Below, piece after piece: positions 21,720-34,500 of a stretch of 64,000 nt of DNA. The notes below the pieces were generated by a model. That model was not told the DNA's origin and did no database searches. It was given only the letters and a program-made list of their open reading frames with translations. Each line of letters opens with the position of its first letter. The first letter of the stretch is position 1. The stretch covers positions 143,010 through 207,009 of the forward strand of contig BLSG01000073.1 of assembly GCA_012862495.1 (NCBI GenBank), in the 5' to 3' direction. The translations under genes were made by a program, and so were the position numbers. The stretch comes from Thraustochytrium aureum. Lineage: Eukaryota.

Positions 21720-24700
21720 CTAGTCGGGTATAGTCTCGAGCTGGCCGCTCACGCTCAAACTGTTGTGCGTCGCAGAGCCCGGCTGAGAAGAGTGCCGCGA
21801 CGACGAGCTGCGCGACTTGAACGAAGCCTTGCCAGAAATAGACCCAGTGGAGGCAAGATTGGAGCCCCGCCGCCCTGTCAGGGCGAGGAATGCGCTCAGC
21901 GAGCCCTCTCTCTGCGAAGTGGAGGACATGCGCCTCGAAAGCCTGCGCACTTGGCGCAGGACAAACACCCGCGATCCTCGGCGCCCAAACCTGTTCGGGT
22001 CGGTATCCTGCCGCCTGAGAGGCGCCGTCGCAGCCTCGCGTATCAACCGCTCGCGCTGCGCGACCGCAAGCTCGAGAATTTGCGCCACTGAGCGCGACGG
22101 GAACTGGACCTGCCAAGTCGCGAATCGCGCCAAGGATCGCGCTTTCGTGAGATGCGGCTTGGCTTTGGTCTTGCTGGCCGAGCCCTGGTTCCATACTGCC
22201 TGTGGAAGCTGGCCAACGTCGACGAGGCTTGCGAGGAGCGGCCCCCCGTCGATACGCGACACGAACCGGGGCTGCACCTTTGACTGCCACGCAAGCGTGT
22301 TGCGAAGTGATCGCGTCAGATAGACCCCCGCGTCCAGGCTGCGCTGCTGGGCCGATGCGAGGCAGATCTCCAGCTCGCTGTAGAGGAACGGCGCGACTAC
22401 GAGTTCGGCGCGCCACGCGGCTTTGAGCCGCTTGTCCCCTGGCCCTGCCGCAAGGTGCCTGGAGTCCTGAAGGGTGTGGACCAGGACGACGCGGACGACG
22501 CGGCGCCATTCATACGACAGAACGTCGGCCACGACGTTCAGAAACTCGTGAAAGGACCGCATCGCACACTTGAGCTCCCTGTCGTCGAGCTCAAGTTTTC
22601 CAAACTTGTCCGGCGTCCCGCGGACCGGCATCAGCGTCAGAATTGAGCTGCGAAGCGGGTCCAAAGCAGCCACAGGCACAAGTGGCCACTGCTCTGCGAG
22701 GCGCTTGAACGGCGCGTCCGCCTCGAGCTGAAGCTGCTCGCCGAGCACATGCTCGCGAGCGAACGTGTCGAGCTCGGTGTGCTTTCGGTGCTGGAGCCGC
22801 TGCAAGAAAATGCGCGCTGCGGAATAAATTTCTCCGCCAGCGCTCCGCAGTGCGCGCAGGAGTGCTATCGGACCAGCTTCGTGCCGTTCGTAATCTGCTA
22901 GCCTTGAGCCTGACTGCACCAGCTCAATCATGATCTCCTGGCAAAGCGACCGACTCGCTTCGGGATTGGTTGCTTTGGAAGCGAATACGCCCGGCGCGAG
23001 CCACTCGGACGAAGACGTGTAAGAGCTCTCCTCGGACGCCCCCGACTTGTGCTCAGCAGCGCGGAAGCTCTCTGCAGACCACGACGCACGCTTGATAAAG
23101 CCTGCTGCAGCGACTGGGTCACCCGTCAGCGCCTCGGTTGTTGTTCGCTCCAGATCTGCAAGCAGGGCCTGCAGTTCGTCCACTTTCGCCTCCTCGTCCT
23201 GGCCGACGTCCTTGAACGTGCTCAAAACAGTCACCTTCGGAAAGTTTGACCGTGCAGGAGCGGTGCCTCTTCGATCAGCGCAGCCACATTCCAGAAATCT
23301 GGCGACGGTGCACGAATCTCCACCTCGTCCACCTGAATGCTCCTCTTCGACGACATGGCCGACCCAGTGCGCCAGTCCCCGCCCGCCTCCCTTGGCACGC
23401 ACGATTTGGGGACCCGCGATAGAAGCGCGGTGAGCCCGTTCACCACGGTGAGAGAGTTGGCCAAGTCCGGAGAAATTTTGGACAGCTCGCCCACAAAGCT
23501 CGCGTGTGGGCGCCACAAAATGACTTCTGGCCGAAACGGGTAAGGCGGAACAGGTTTATTGAGCGTGTCAACGTGACAAGGACGCGCGGAAGGTTGCTGT
23601 ACTTTGGTCGCCCGCGGCAATCGCAAAGGATCTTGACAGCTGGAACGCGCCCCCAGCGCGCTGCGAGGCTCTCGACGACGATGAGGTTGAACTCGAGCCA
23701 CGACGACACCACCTGCGCAAGCTCCCTGTCGCCGAGCTCTGTTCCGAGCACGTCCAGATCTGCGCTGCCGCCGGACGATGCCAAGTACACCACCGTTGAG
23801 TGTGCTTCGTCCACGCGGAAGGACCTCGCTACGCTGCACACTTTCATGGCAAGCGCCCAGTCCTTGAGCTCCCAGTAACACCTTCCCTCGACAAGCGCCA
23901 AGCGCCGCGCCCAGAGGTTTGCGAGTCGTGAAGCGTAAAACCGGGACGCGTCCTCGGCCGCCTTCCAGCGGTTGCCGTACGCGGTCCGCAAAAAATCAGA
24001 AGGCGCAAGTCATCGACTTGCAGCCTGTCTTCAAACGTGATCACTTGTTCCAGCGCGCGTCGCAAGCTGACCACGGCGGTCACCTCGCCGAGCTTGACGT
24101 CGTTGCAGTCGAACTTGTCGAGCGCGCTGCTTTCGAGTCGACGCACAGTTTCAAACTCGGCTCGGAGGCTCACCAAGAGGCGGCCGACCCAAACGTAGTC
24201 GCGGATAAAAGTTAGTTTGAAGCAGAACGAGAAGCAGAGCACGGTGCACTGCAGCGCAGGCAGCCCGGCGCCGTCTGGCGCGCAGTACGCAGCGGGCGTG
24301 CGATTGGCGACGGCGGCTACGATGCACTGGGCAACTGCAGCATTGTAGTACGTTGTGGTGAACGCGAGGCCGCGGACAAGCAGTGCCAGCGGGACGACCT
24401 CGCAGACGACACTTGCGCACGCCACCGCTAGGTCCACCCGCCGCCGCCGCTCCATCGCCGCAATCGTGTACTCGAGGGTCGAGTCGCTCAGGTGCGACTG
24501 CTCTTGCTTTGTCGCTTGTGCCATCGCTGGCACGACCTGCGAGATGCGAGCCCGGCTCAGAATCCGCGCCTGGGCGTCGCCGACGCGCTTGCACACGCCG
24601 TCTTGCTCCACAATGATCCCATCCAGGACGAGCTTGCGGAATCGGGTCTGCCCAACCCGGATGCCTTGGCGCATGTCGCGCATCGACAACCGAATAACCA

Positions 24701-24974
24701 GGCCATGACCCACAATAGAAGCAAGAGAGGCGAGGAACACCAACGCCATCGCGCCTTTGGAGGCGGCAGCCCCATCTCGCAGCGTGACCAACACCATGGC
24801 GTCGATCACTCGCTNNNNNNNNNNNNNNNNNNNNNNNNNNNNNNNNNNNNNNNNNNNNNNNNNNNNNNNNNNNNNNNNNNNNNNNNNNNNNNNNNNNNNN
24901 NNNNNNNNNNNNNNNNNNNNNNNNNNNNNNNNNNNNNNNGTAATGCAAACTCCTCGACGGCGATCACCGATCAC
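21720..24974 (-). CDS. Membrane protein with ~4 N-terminal TM helices and two CRAL-TRIO/Sec14-like domains (paralog B); ~3 frameshifts (~23990, ~23560, ~23300), 5' end uncertain
   Basis: Pieces in ORFs 23844..24974, 23440..23991, 23231..23881 and 21720..23516 are collinear with paralog A: LEYTIAAMERRR, SALDKF, DDLRLLIF(L)RTAYG, KILCDCRG, YPFRPEVILWRP, VPREAGG, LLRALRSAGGEI, FHEFLNVVADVLS. Confidence 0.65.
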
Positions 24975-25935
24975 GCCAGTCTCGCCTTTCTCAGAGACTC
25001 ACAGGGGCCTGGGAGCTGGCTTCGGGCCCTTCCGTCCATAGCCAAAACGACTGGGAGGGAGAATGCCAAGGCCTTCATCGCTGGCCACGACTACCTGTGC
25101 CACTTCTAATTCAAGGGAGCCGCCCTCTCGATCGACCTCCGTAGAGAGCGCCCGCTGGCTTGTGACGTCTGGATCGTCTGCGCACGAGCCTCCAGTTGGC
25201 AGGCTGCGCGCCACAACAGCATGCTGAGGCCAAAGCCATTCAGGCCGATTGGAATTGAAGGGCGGTGGCGCGGTGCGGTGGCCGAGTTTTCCTACTCTTG
25301 ATTTCAGAGGCGGTGGTTGGCCAAGCGAGCAAGCGAGCATCCTGCTGTCTGCCCACGTACTTGGACGTGCACTTGTGTCAGCATCGCAAACCCGCCAGTC
25401 GCCTGTCGCTGGGGCGGGATCTGATTTGGCACGGAAAAGCGCGTTCGCGACGAAAGCCGTGCTAAACTCCGAAACATCCGCCTGTCCAAGTCAGGGCTAG
25501 ATCCTCCGGAAGACGGCGAATTGAAGCTTTCTCGATCGGAGCCGTTGGCGCGCAACGGCTCGTGCGTGGACGGTATCAGTTCTATCCGTTAGGACAGAGT
25601 GGCATAGACTACACTAAACTCGATTGAATCGATATATATTTCCGATATACTACGTTATTTTCCGAAAGAACGATGATCGGCGACTTGTACACGATGCGAT
25701 CATGCATGTCAAATGAATCGATGCCCGACATGATGAAACGCTGACCTGGTTTACCGTGTGGTGCGGGGCGACGCGCAGTCGTCTGGCGCCGTCTCCAGAC
25801 ACTGCCGAGACCGCGAAGAAAGAGATTCTGGACGGCCGCGGTCGCGCGCGGCACGACGTGGCCCTAAGAAGGTCGAGCGGCAGTCGCAGTTGGCTTTCCT
25901 CGGCGTTGTCCGGGCTGGGCCGGCCAGCGGGGACC

Positions 25936-28900
25936 ATGGACCGCGAGGACCCGGGCAAGGCAAAGCCTGAGTTGCAGCCGATGCAAACAGTGAGCAACTT
26001 CTTGAACCGAGCGATGACGCTCCCGTTTGGCCCCCGACACCTGGACCAGGATGCGCGCGACAGCAGGGATCATATCTCAGCTGACATCGAGGAGGAAACG
26101 CACGAATACGTTTTCCTGTCAGAAAGCGAACAGCTGCGCGCGCAGGACGAGTCGTTCCGCACCCTTATTCTCTCGGGGATGGAAATCGCCGACATGGTTC
26201 TCGACGTCGCGAATTTTGTCACCTTCGCAATACAGGACTCGCTGATCGAGCTGTTCGGAGTCATCTACACGGCGAACACCGCAGTCGTCACATTGCTTTC
26301 TCTCTACGTGATTCACGGCCATCTCAGCCAGCTTGTGCTAATTCAAAGGGAGCTCAAGTACGGCGTGCGCGTCGCCAAGGGGCGCTCTCGCGTCGTGAGA
26401 AACAACAAACACGTCGGCCCGGACACTGAGACGACCGATGAGCTCAGCCTCCTTGAGTACGAGGTTATTAGCATGGAGCGGCAGCGCAAGCGGGCGCGCT
26501 TTATCGTAGTGAGCGCGCTCTTGGAAGACCTGATTTCGCTCATTATTGTGAGCTACCGCATCGGGTACACTGACCTCATCTTAAGCGAGGAGGTGGCGAA
26601 TTGCATCCTCAGCGAGGACTTTAACGACCTGCCTGGGACCTGCCTGCCCTGGGCCTCGGTTATCGGTCTCTTGCAAGCCGTGGGCACTGTCACGTTTTTG
26701 GCGCACAAGATCAGCTACCTACGCGACTATTACACGATCTCGAGCATCGTCGCCGAGAAGAAAGCTGCGCTGCACAAGGCCGGCGAGCAAGAGGGCTCGG
26801 CCTTGGACCAGTTCGCCCACGGCCACGTGTCAGAGACGGAGATCAATGCCGTTGTCGAGATTCGGCGCATGATCAACTTGGAGGCCGAAGGCGCCTTGGA
26901 CAGCTCGCAAGGCGGCGCTGATATTCGCATCCTGGGCTTCCTGCGCGAGTGCAAGGGCGATGTGGTCGAGGCCGCCAAGCTCATTCAGGAGTGGCGCGGG
27001 TTCCGCGCCGAAGCAAGACTGGACGACACGCGGCGGCGCGTCGTGTTAGAGGACCTTCCTTGGGACGAACTTCCGAGCATGGGCAAGTGGATGAGCGGTC
27101 AGCCCTTCATCGACAATGTCCTCGTGGACGTCGAGCACGACGCCCTCGTTTTGTTCGCGTATATGGGTGCTAACGCCAACTTTGACATCGTGCTCGAGCT
27201 GCTCAGTAAAGAGGACATCCGCACGGCCACGGAATACATCATGGAACGTGTCCTGTTTGCGTTTGAGCAAACCTGCCTCAAGTACCGCAGGGTTTTTACT
27301 GTGCGCGTTTTGTGCGACGCCAGAGGTCTGCCAGGCTCGCAACGATGCCCCCTGCAGTACCCGATCGGGCTATTTGCGAGTGCCTTTTCTTCGACAAGCC
27401 GCTACCCGTTCCGGCCAGAAATCTTGCTCTGGAAGCCGGAACCAGCGCTCCTGGCGGTCCTCAGCGAGTGCGTTGGAACTGCAATGAGGCAGGTCCGGCA
27501 AATCGATACCTTCGAATCACTTACGTCCTACATCAGCGCAGACGCGATTCCCGAGGAAATCGGGGGCCAACTCACTTTTGGCCAGATTCACGACCCGAAC
27601 GACCCGTGGCAGCTCCGCCAGTGCGTGTTCCAGCCACTTTCAGTTCGTTTGGGCACGCGCGAGTGCGAGCTCAGCTTTTTCAGTGACGTCTCGCGAGAGG
27701 AGGTGCTGGAGGTGGCAGCGCTGCGCGAGTACTTGGATGACCTGCAGACCAAGGGCCTCGAGACGCACGCGGCCGGGATCGAGGCCACAGACCGCCGCAT
27801 CGAGGAGCTCTCTTCCCTGATTCAGAAAGCAACCCGTAAGGGCAACGACTTGGGGCCCGTCGCGCCCAAGTACGCAGGTGCGAAACGCGAAGAGACTGCA
27901 AAGTCGCGCNNNNNNNNNNNNNNNNNNNNNNNNNNNNNNNNNNNNNNNNNNNNNNNNNNNNNNNNNNNNNNNNNNNNNNNNNNNNNNNNNNNNNNNNNNN
28001 NNNNNNNNNNNNNNNNNNNNNNNNNNNNNNNNNNNNNNNNNNNNNNNNNNNNNNNNNNNNNNNNNNNNNNNNNNNNNNNNNNNNNNNNNNNNNNNNNNNN
28101 NNNNNNNNNNNNNNNNNNNNNNNNNNNNNNNNNNNNNNNNNNNNNNNNNNNNNNNNNNNNNNNNNNNNNNNNNNNNNNNNNNNNNNNNNNNNNNNNNNNN
28201 NNNNNNNNNNNNNNNNNNNNNNNNNNNNNNNNNNNNCGAGGCGGCTGCGCAGCTCTTGGGGGCACTTGTTTTGCGCGCCGAGTTCGGGCTCGACGATTTG
28301 AACCGTCAAATCAAAGAGAATGACCTCGCCCCGCAGGATCTTGAAACGTTCGGCAAGCTTTTGGGCGACATTTGGCCCAGCAACGTTCTCTACGGCGTTG
28401 ACGTGGACAGCGGGTCGATCGTCGGCTTGTGGACCGTGCTCGATAGCGTCGATTTGAAGGGGATGCGCTCTGTCGGTTTGGAGGCAAGAACCAAGGCCCT
28501 TCACGAGGTGCACGAGTATTTGTCCATTGTGGCGGACATACTGTCCCGCAAGATGGAGCGAATGGTCAACGTGGTGCCCGTGCACGACATCGACGGGTTT
28601 CAGTTCACTGAAGGCACCTTCACAGCGGTTCAAGCAGAGACAGGGCGGGTCCGTCGCACTCTATACTCTGGTCTCGTTCGTGAGCCTGAGCTGTGCTTGA
28701 TTCGGCGCTCTCAGTTTGTGGCAGACATGATGGTGCGCCTTGCGCCTTACACGCCAGGGCGAGTTATCAGCGAGCGCACGTTTACAGTGTGCTCCAAGAG
28801 CAACAAAGCTCGTCTAGCTGCGCACGTCGATCTAACTGTGCTCCCCCCGGCTCTGGGCGGTACGTTGAGAGTCGACAAGCGCAGCTCCGGCTCTGCGCGA

Positions 28901-29011
28901 GGCATGCACGTTCAGCCGAAACTGTCGGCTTTTGTCGCACAGAATGTCCTCGAGTATCAGCGCAAGTGCGAGATCTCCAGCCGCCAACGCACTCTGCAGT
29001 TTTCCGTGTAG
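25936..29011 (+). CDS. Membrane protein with ~4 N-terminal TM helices and two CRAL-TRIO/Sec14-like domains (paralog A); gap 27910-28235
   Basis: Hydrophobic helices (EIADMVLDVANFVTF; ALLEDLISLIIV; IGLLQAVGTVTFL); CRAL_TRIO_N-like DIRILGFLRECKGDVVEAAKLIQEWRGFR; VLCDARGL; ISADAIPEEIGG; second unit VHDIDGF...HVDLTVLPPALGG. Confidence 0.72.
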
Positions 29012-29344
29012 CTCGCAATGATGAACATGTTTACAAGGGTAGCTAAGTACTTCGAGAACGTCGCCCTGCCAACGGCAGAATGGTTCGAAATGAAAAATCC
29101 GTTCCAACTTTTGACCCGCTTGGACCCTGTGCCCAAGATGCACGGCTCCACTTCCGAGTCCAGAGGAAGGCGCAAACGAAAGGGGGGGGCTCACTCTCAA
29201 GAGAGGAGGACTCGAAGCGCAAAGAAATGAGTTTAGTTTGGTTTTCTGATGCCACCCAACTGCCACCCGTCCCAGAATTTTACTTGCCATCTGCGAGTCG
29301 ACGGTTTCATCGGTCGGTCGCTCTTCACATTGAGCAGCACAACG

Positions 29345-29545
29345 AGCACCGGCGAGTGCACGTTTACGGTATGCGCCTTTCAAATAAGAGCACCTCGACC
29401 TCACTGTGCAACCCCAAGAGCAGACATTGATTCCTTGAGAGTTGGCAAGCGCAGCTCTGGCTCCGCGCGAAACATACCGGTACACGTCCAACCGAAACTC
29501 AACCGAAACTGTCGGCTTTTGTCACGGAGAATGTCCTCGAATACG
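29345..29545 (+). pseudogene. Degenerate tandem duplicate of the 3' end of paralog A (copy of ~28765-28955)
   Basis: TTGAGAGT(TGG/CGA)CAAGCGCAGCTC, CCGAAACTGTCGGCTTTTGTC, AGAATGTCCTCGA and GCACGTTTAC blocks are shared, with indels. Confidence 0.7.
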
Positions 29546-30301
29546 CTCGCAGTGTCTGTGGCTTTCCGTGCTGCAAGCAGGTACTCGCACGCGTTGTAGG
29601 TNNNNNNNNNNNNNNNNNNNNNNNNNNNNNNNNNNNNNNNNNNNNNNNNNNNNNNNNNNNNNNNNNNNNNNNNNNNNNNNNNNNNNNNNNNNNNNNNNNN
29701 NNNNNNNNNNNNNNNNNNNNNNNNNNNNNNNNNNNNNNNNNNNNNNNNNNNNNNNNNNNNNNNNNNNNNNNNNNNNNNNNNNNNNNNNNNNNNNNNNNNN
29801 NNNNNNNNNNNNNNNNNNNNNNNNNNNNNNNNNNNNNNNNNNNNNNNNNNNNNNNNNNNNNNNNNNNNNNNNNNNNNNNNNNNNNNNNNNNNNNNNNNNN
29901 NNNNNNNNNNNNNNNNNNNNNNNNNNNNNNNNNNNNNNNNNNNNNNNNNNNNNNNNNNNNNNNNNNNNNNNNNNNNNNNNNNNNNNNNNNNNNNNNNNNN
30001 NNNNNNNNNNNNNNNNNNNNNNNNNNNNNNNNNNNNNNNNNNNNNNNNNNNNNNNNNNNNNNNNNNNNNNNNNNNNNNNNNNNNNNNNNNNNNNNNNNNN
30101 NNNNNNNNNNNNNNNNNNNNNNNNNNNNNNNNNNNNNNNNNNNNNNNNNNNNNNNNNNNNNNNNNNNNNNNNNNNNNNNNNNNNNNNNNNNNNNNNNNNN
30201 NNNNNNNNNNNNNNNNNNNNNNNNNNNNNNNNNNNNNNNNNNNNNNNNNNNNNNNNNNNNNNNNNNNNNNNNNNNNNNNNNNNNNNNNNNNNNNNNNNNN
30301 N

Positions 30302-30428
30302 AGTCACCAACCCGATTGGCTACACCATCACCGACAAAGTCACCAACCACACCATCACCGACGAAGTCACCAACCACACCATTACCCACGAAGTCACCAA
30401 CCACACCATTACCCACGAAGTCGCCCAC
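30302..30428 (+). repeat. Coding 27-bp tandem repeat (PTKSPTTPx)
   Basis: About 4 copies of ACGAAGTCACCAACCACACCATYACCS visible; the array probably continues into the gap. Confidence 0.85.
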
Positions 30429-31064
30429 ATTGAGCCTATCTGGAATACCAAGTCGCGCACCAACCGCGCGCCCAACGCTTCAGACAACACCGAACCCAAC
30501 AGCGGTGCCGCCGCTTCTGTCGACAGCGAAGCCAACGCTTCTGCCAACTGCACGGCAGTCTGGCTCGCCAACTTCCGAGAGGATCCTTGCGAACTACAGC
30601 GTAATCTGGCGCGCGGCGACCTTTGATCCAGCGGTCCACCTTTCTGAGCAGTTCAAGGAGGTGATTTTGCAAGTTATTGCGCAAGCTGCGACCGTGCCAC
30701 AAGAGCAAGTCTATCTGCACGACGTTAGGAGCGGCAGCGTCGTCGTTGACTTTGGGATTTGGGGTCTGTCGGGCATCACGACCGAAACCGTGATGGGTGA
30801 CCGAGTCAAGGAAGTTGCTCGTGCGAGTGGTGCGGCCAAAAACTTCGGTCTTCTGGATGAGTCGCTCGATCGCCACCAAAACTTGACTCTTCTGTCGGCG
30901 CAATCGTGGGCGGCGTGGTTGGTACTCTTGTCGCCGTTGGAATCATGTGTGTCGTCGCGTACCGATACCATCAGCGTACATTCGCAAGGAAATCCAGTGC
31001 GTTGATTGCACCTCACGGCAGCAGCACTGGACAAGTTGCGTCGAAGGCTGGCTCGGTAAAATAG
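30302..31064 (+). CDS. Mucin-like type I membrane protein: PTS repeats, SEA-like domain, TM and short tail (5' end in gap; frameshift ~30865)
   Basis: PTKSPTTP(S/L) repeats; VIAQAATVPQEQVYLHDVRSGSVVVDFGI; the alternative frame gives VGAIVGGVVGTLVAVGIMCVVAYRYHQR...GSVK stop at 31064. Confidence 0.7.
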
Positions 31065-31587
31065 GGGCCAGCGCTGTGGACAGAAAGTCTGGGGCAGGCC
31101 GTTGTGGTGGTGTACGTTTGCGACCAGATGTACGGCCATTGAATTCGCCTCGAGCCGCATCAAGTTGCCAAGTAGCTATGCTGCGTGAAATTCATACTTC
31201 TAAAGAGCGCAAATCGTCTCCTAATTTCTCCTGCTCGCGAGTCGTCGGAGACCTCAAGTGGTCGAGCGCCAACACCCCTTTCGTAATCTGCCCCTGGGTT
31301 CCGTGCCTGGAGTAGTCGAATGTGCTGAGCGGACGACACTGACTCGACCTTTAACGGCGTTCCCAGACTGGGGACTGTGCATTTTCGCACGTCGATTTTT
31401 TTGCTGGCTAGGCAACCATCTTGGCGCCACTGCTGCAATGATCGCGCTGACGCGCCCGACGGAGGACACATGGCTTGTCCAGAGTAAGTCCAGCTTGCAG
31501 CCAAATCAATCAAAATGAGAAATATTTCTACCCGGGCTGACTTGTGCGCACACAAAGCATTTCGTCGAAGCACGGCAATTTCGTGCT

Positions 31588-34500
31588 TCACTTGTAGAAG
31601 GCGACGCGGGCGGCTAGCTCCACCGGATGCCTCTCGCTCTGCACCTCCCAACACGCGTCGGGGTCGCCACTGATGCCTTTCAGTTGAGCCATGACTTGAG
31701 CCGCATTCTTGGCCTTGACACCGCGCGTCATCGAGGCGCGATCGGTGATGTGAAGAATCTGCGCCTGCTGTCCGAGGTCGAGACCGCCAGGTAGCCCTTC
31801 AACACGGTCGACCTCCCAGAAGGCAATGCGCTTGACGTCCTTGTCAAGAGCGGAGCTGACCGAGGAACGCCTGGCCCGCTTTACGCCGCTAGGCGGATCG
31901 AGGCGCAGGGTGGCGACGTGATACGTTGAGGCAAATATCTTGAGTGGGGTGGCACCAAGCGCCTGGAGCTCCTTGAGCGCAGTACGACGCACACTGTCCT
32001 TGGCCTCGGACCGGGATGCCGGCGGCGGCACAAGAGTAACATGCAATGTGGCGTGCCCTTCGACTTGTGCGCAGCACCAGTTCCCTGTAGATGGCGAGAC
32101 GCGCTGTGACTCTCCTGGCGCAGACTCGTTGGTGCCGATGCCAGCCCCGAGGCGGTCGCCGGCCTGGCTATCGGCCCACTCGACTACCTCGTCCAAAGGC
32201 GCGCCAACAATTCTCTCGAGCGCCTGCTCCCTGAAGTCGCTCACAAGCTGCCCTAGCGGGTTGGAGCTGCCAGGCGGAACCGGGCGGAGGAACGCGTCAG
32301 TGACAATAGCGCCTGGCGCACAGGCTGCTGCGCTCTGGAACTCTTCGCATGCGTCGAAGAAGAATGTGCGAAAAATCTTGTACGCCTCTTTCTCCGAGAG
32401 CTTGGGGCCGATCGCCAGCCCAATGTGCTTGTTGGGATCCCGCAACTTCACCCGGCCCCAGAACACGTCGTGGTCAAGCTGGTCGGGTACAACAGCCACG
32501 AGGCGGAGGCAGAATCGCTCAGCAAGCGGCTGGAGCAGGGTCAGCAGGCGCTGAAGTCCGTCCACGTTGGGGATGTTCTTGTCGTAGCCCACGACAATCC
32601 TCTCGTTCGCCGGCCCAGGCTCCCCCTTTGGCGAAGGTCTGGAACCCTTCTGGGCCGCCCGGCCCTCGACGCAACGAACAAACTCCTTCTCGAAGGGCTG
32701 CCGGCCCTTAAAGTCATCGGAAGACCGAAAGCAGTAGCTGACACCAGGGATCGCGCTAGCCGAGGCTTGCCCAAGCGCGTCTTGGAGGCCGTGAAACAGA
32801 GAGCTTTTCCCGCCACCTGGGGGCAGCGCCATGGTAAACACGACAATCCGTTCAGGGCGCCTGTCGGAGGGCGCATCTGCCTCCGTGCCAGCCGCCTCGG
32901 TTGAATCTGCCGCAGCGGCAAGGCGCGACTTGTATTCAGCTGTCCAGACGGCGGCCGACTCGGGCCTACAGCGCGTGAAGGTGGCCTTGCACGCAGCGTT
33001 GAGCTTTTGGAGCCGGGTTTTCTTGAACGACGAGTACGCCCCGTGTGCAGCTTTCTTCTGGTTCTCCGAAAGACCACAAGCGGCCATCCGCTCGTCATCC
33101 GGACCGATAACGAGGAGCACGTCTGAGCGCCGCACGCGCTCGATGTCGGGCGTGTTGTCCAACACCTCGAAGGAGCCGTGGAGCCCGCTGCAAGCCTCAG
33201 GTTGAAGCTGGCTCTTCTCCAAATCGAGACCGAGCGCCGCAAGGAGCTTCTGGTCCAGCGCGGTGCCACTGAGGTTGGCTACGAGGACGCTTAGTCGCGC
33301 AGGGGGCGCGGGCGGGACGCCTTCGGCCTTGGCTATCGGCGCGCCGGCGGATCGCGTCAACCGTGTGAGCGGAAACGGCGTTTCCTGCACAAACCTGTCC
33401 AAGTCCGACAGATACGCCTTTTGCAGGCGGTCCTTGTCGCGCGGAGGGAGGGCAAGCGCAAAGTCTGCCCAGCGCGCAAAGAAGGCGTCCAAAGCGGGGA
33501 TGTGCTCTCTTGGGATGCTCCAGGGCGGGTAGAACCCGCGCTTGAGAGTGCGCAAGTAGTCGGCTTTGCCGCGGCGCAAAAGGATGCCGAGCCTGTTGCG
33601 GACGCCAAACGTGCGCCACATGTAATTGAGGCACTTGAGCTTGGCGATGCCAAGGATGCGCACCGGGACTGCCGCGCCGAAGTCGGCCTGCTCGGCGAGC
33701 CCAGAGCCTTCACTTTGCGGGAAGAGCGTGACTACCATCCCGCGGTACAGAGCCGCGGTGCTTTTGTCAAGCGTGTGGAGAGCCCATCCGTAAAATACCT
33801 CGTCACTTCGAACGTGTACTTGAACCTGCATCCTGCCACGGTACAGGTACGGCTGTAGGCGTACAGAATGCGAGTACACGTCCCGGAGGCGCTCAAATAG
33901 CCGGCGCGTGGGCCCAGCCGCCGCCCTCTCACAGACAAGAGCCCAGACAGCCTCATCCGAGATATCAGCTTTGAGGCGCTCGGGTTCCTGATAAACCTGA
34001 GAATTTCCGAGAGGCGCTTCAGCTCGGCTGGCGATGCGCTGCATGAACGCCGCCGAGGTTGTCGAGTCCAGGCAGGTCTCGCCAAGCTCGAGCGCGACAG
34101 CCAAGGCGCAGTCGTGGTGGGGTGCCATTGTTGCGTTGTATTCGCGCACCAGCGCGGCCNNNNNNNNNNNNNNNNNNNNNNNNNNNNNNNNNNNNNNNNN
34201 NNNNNNNNNNNNNNNNNNNNNNNNNNNNNNNNNNNNNNNNNNNNNNNNNNNNNNNNNNNNNNNNNNNNNNNNNNNNNNNNNNNNNNNNNNNNNNNNNNNN
34301 NNNNNNNNNNNNNNNNNNNNNNNNNNNNNNNNNNNNNNNNNNNNNNNNNNNNNNNNNNNNNNNNNNNNNNNNNNNNNNNNNNNNNNNNNNNNNNNNNNNN
34401 NNNNNNNNNNNNNNNNNNNNNNNNNNNNNNNNNNNNNNNGTTGAGCGGGAGCCTCCAGAGCGTGGCAACCGTGAGGAGCTCTGAAGGCGACAGGAACCGC

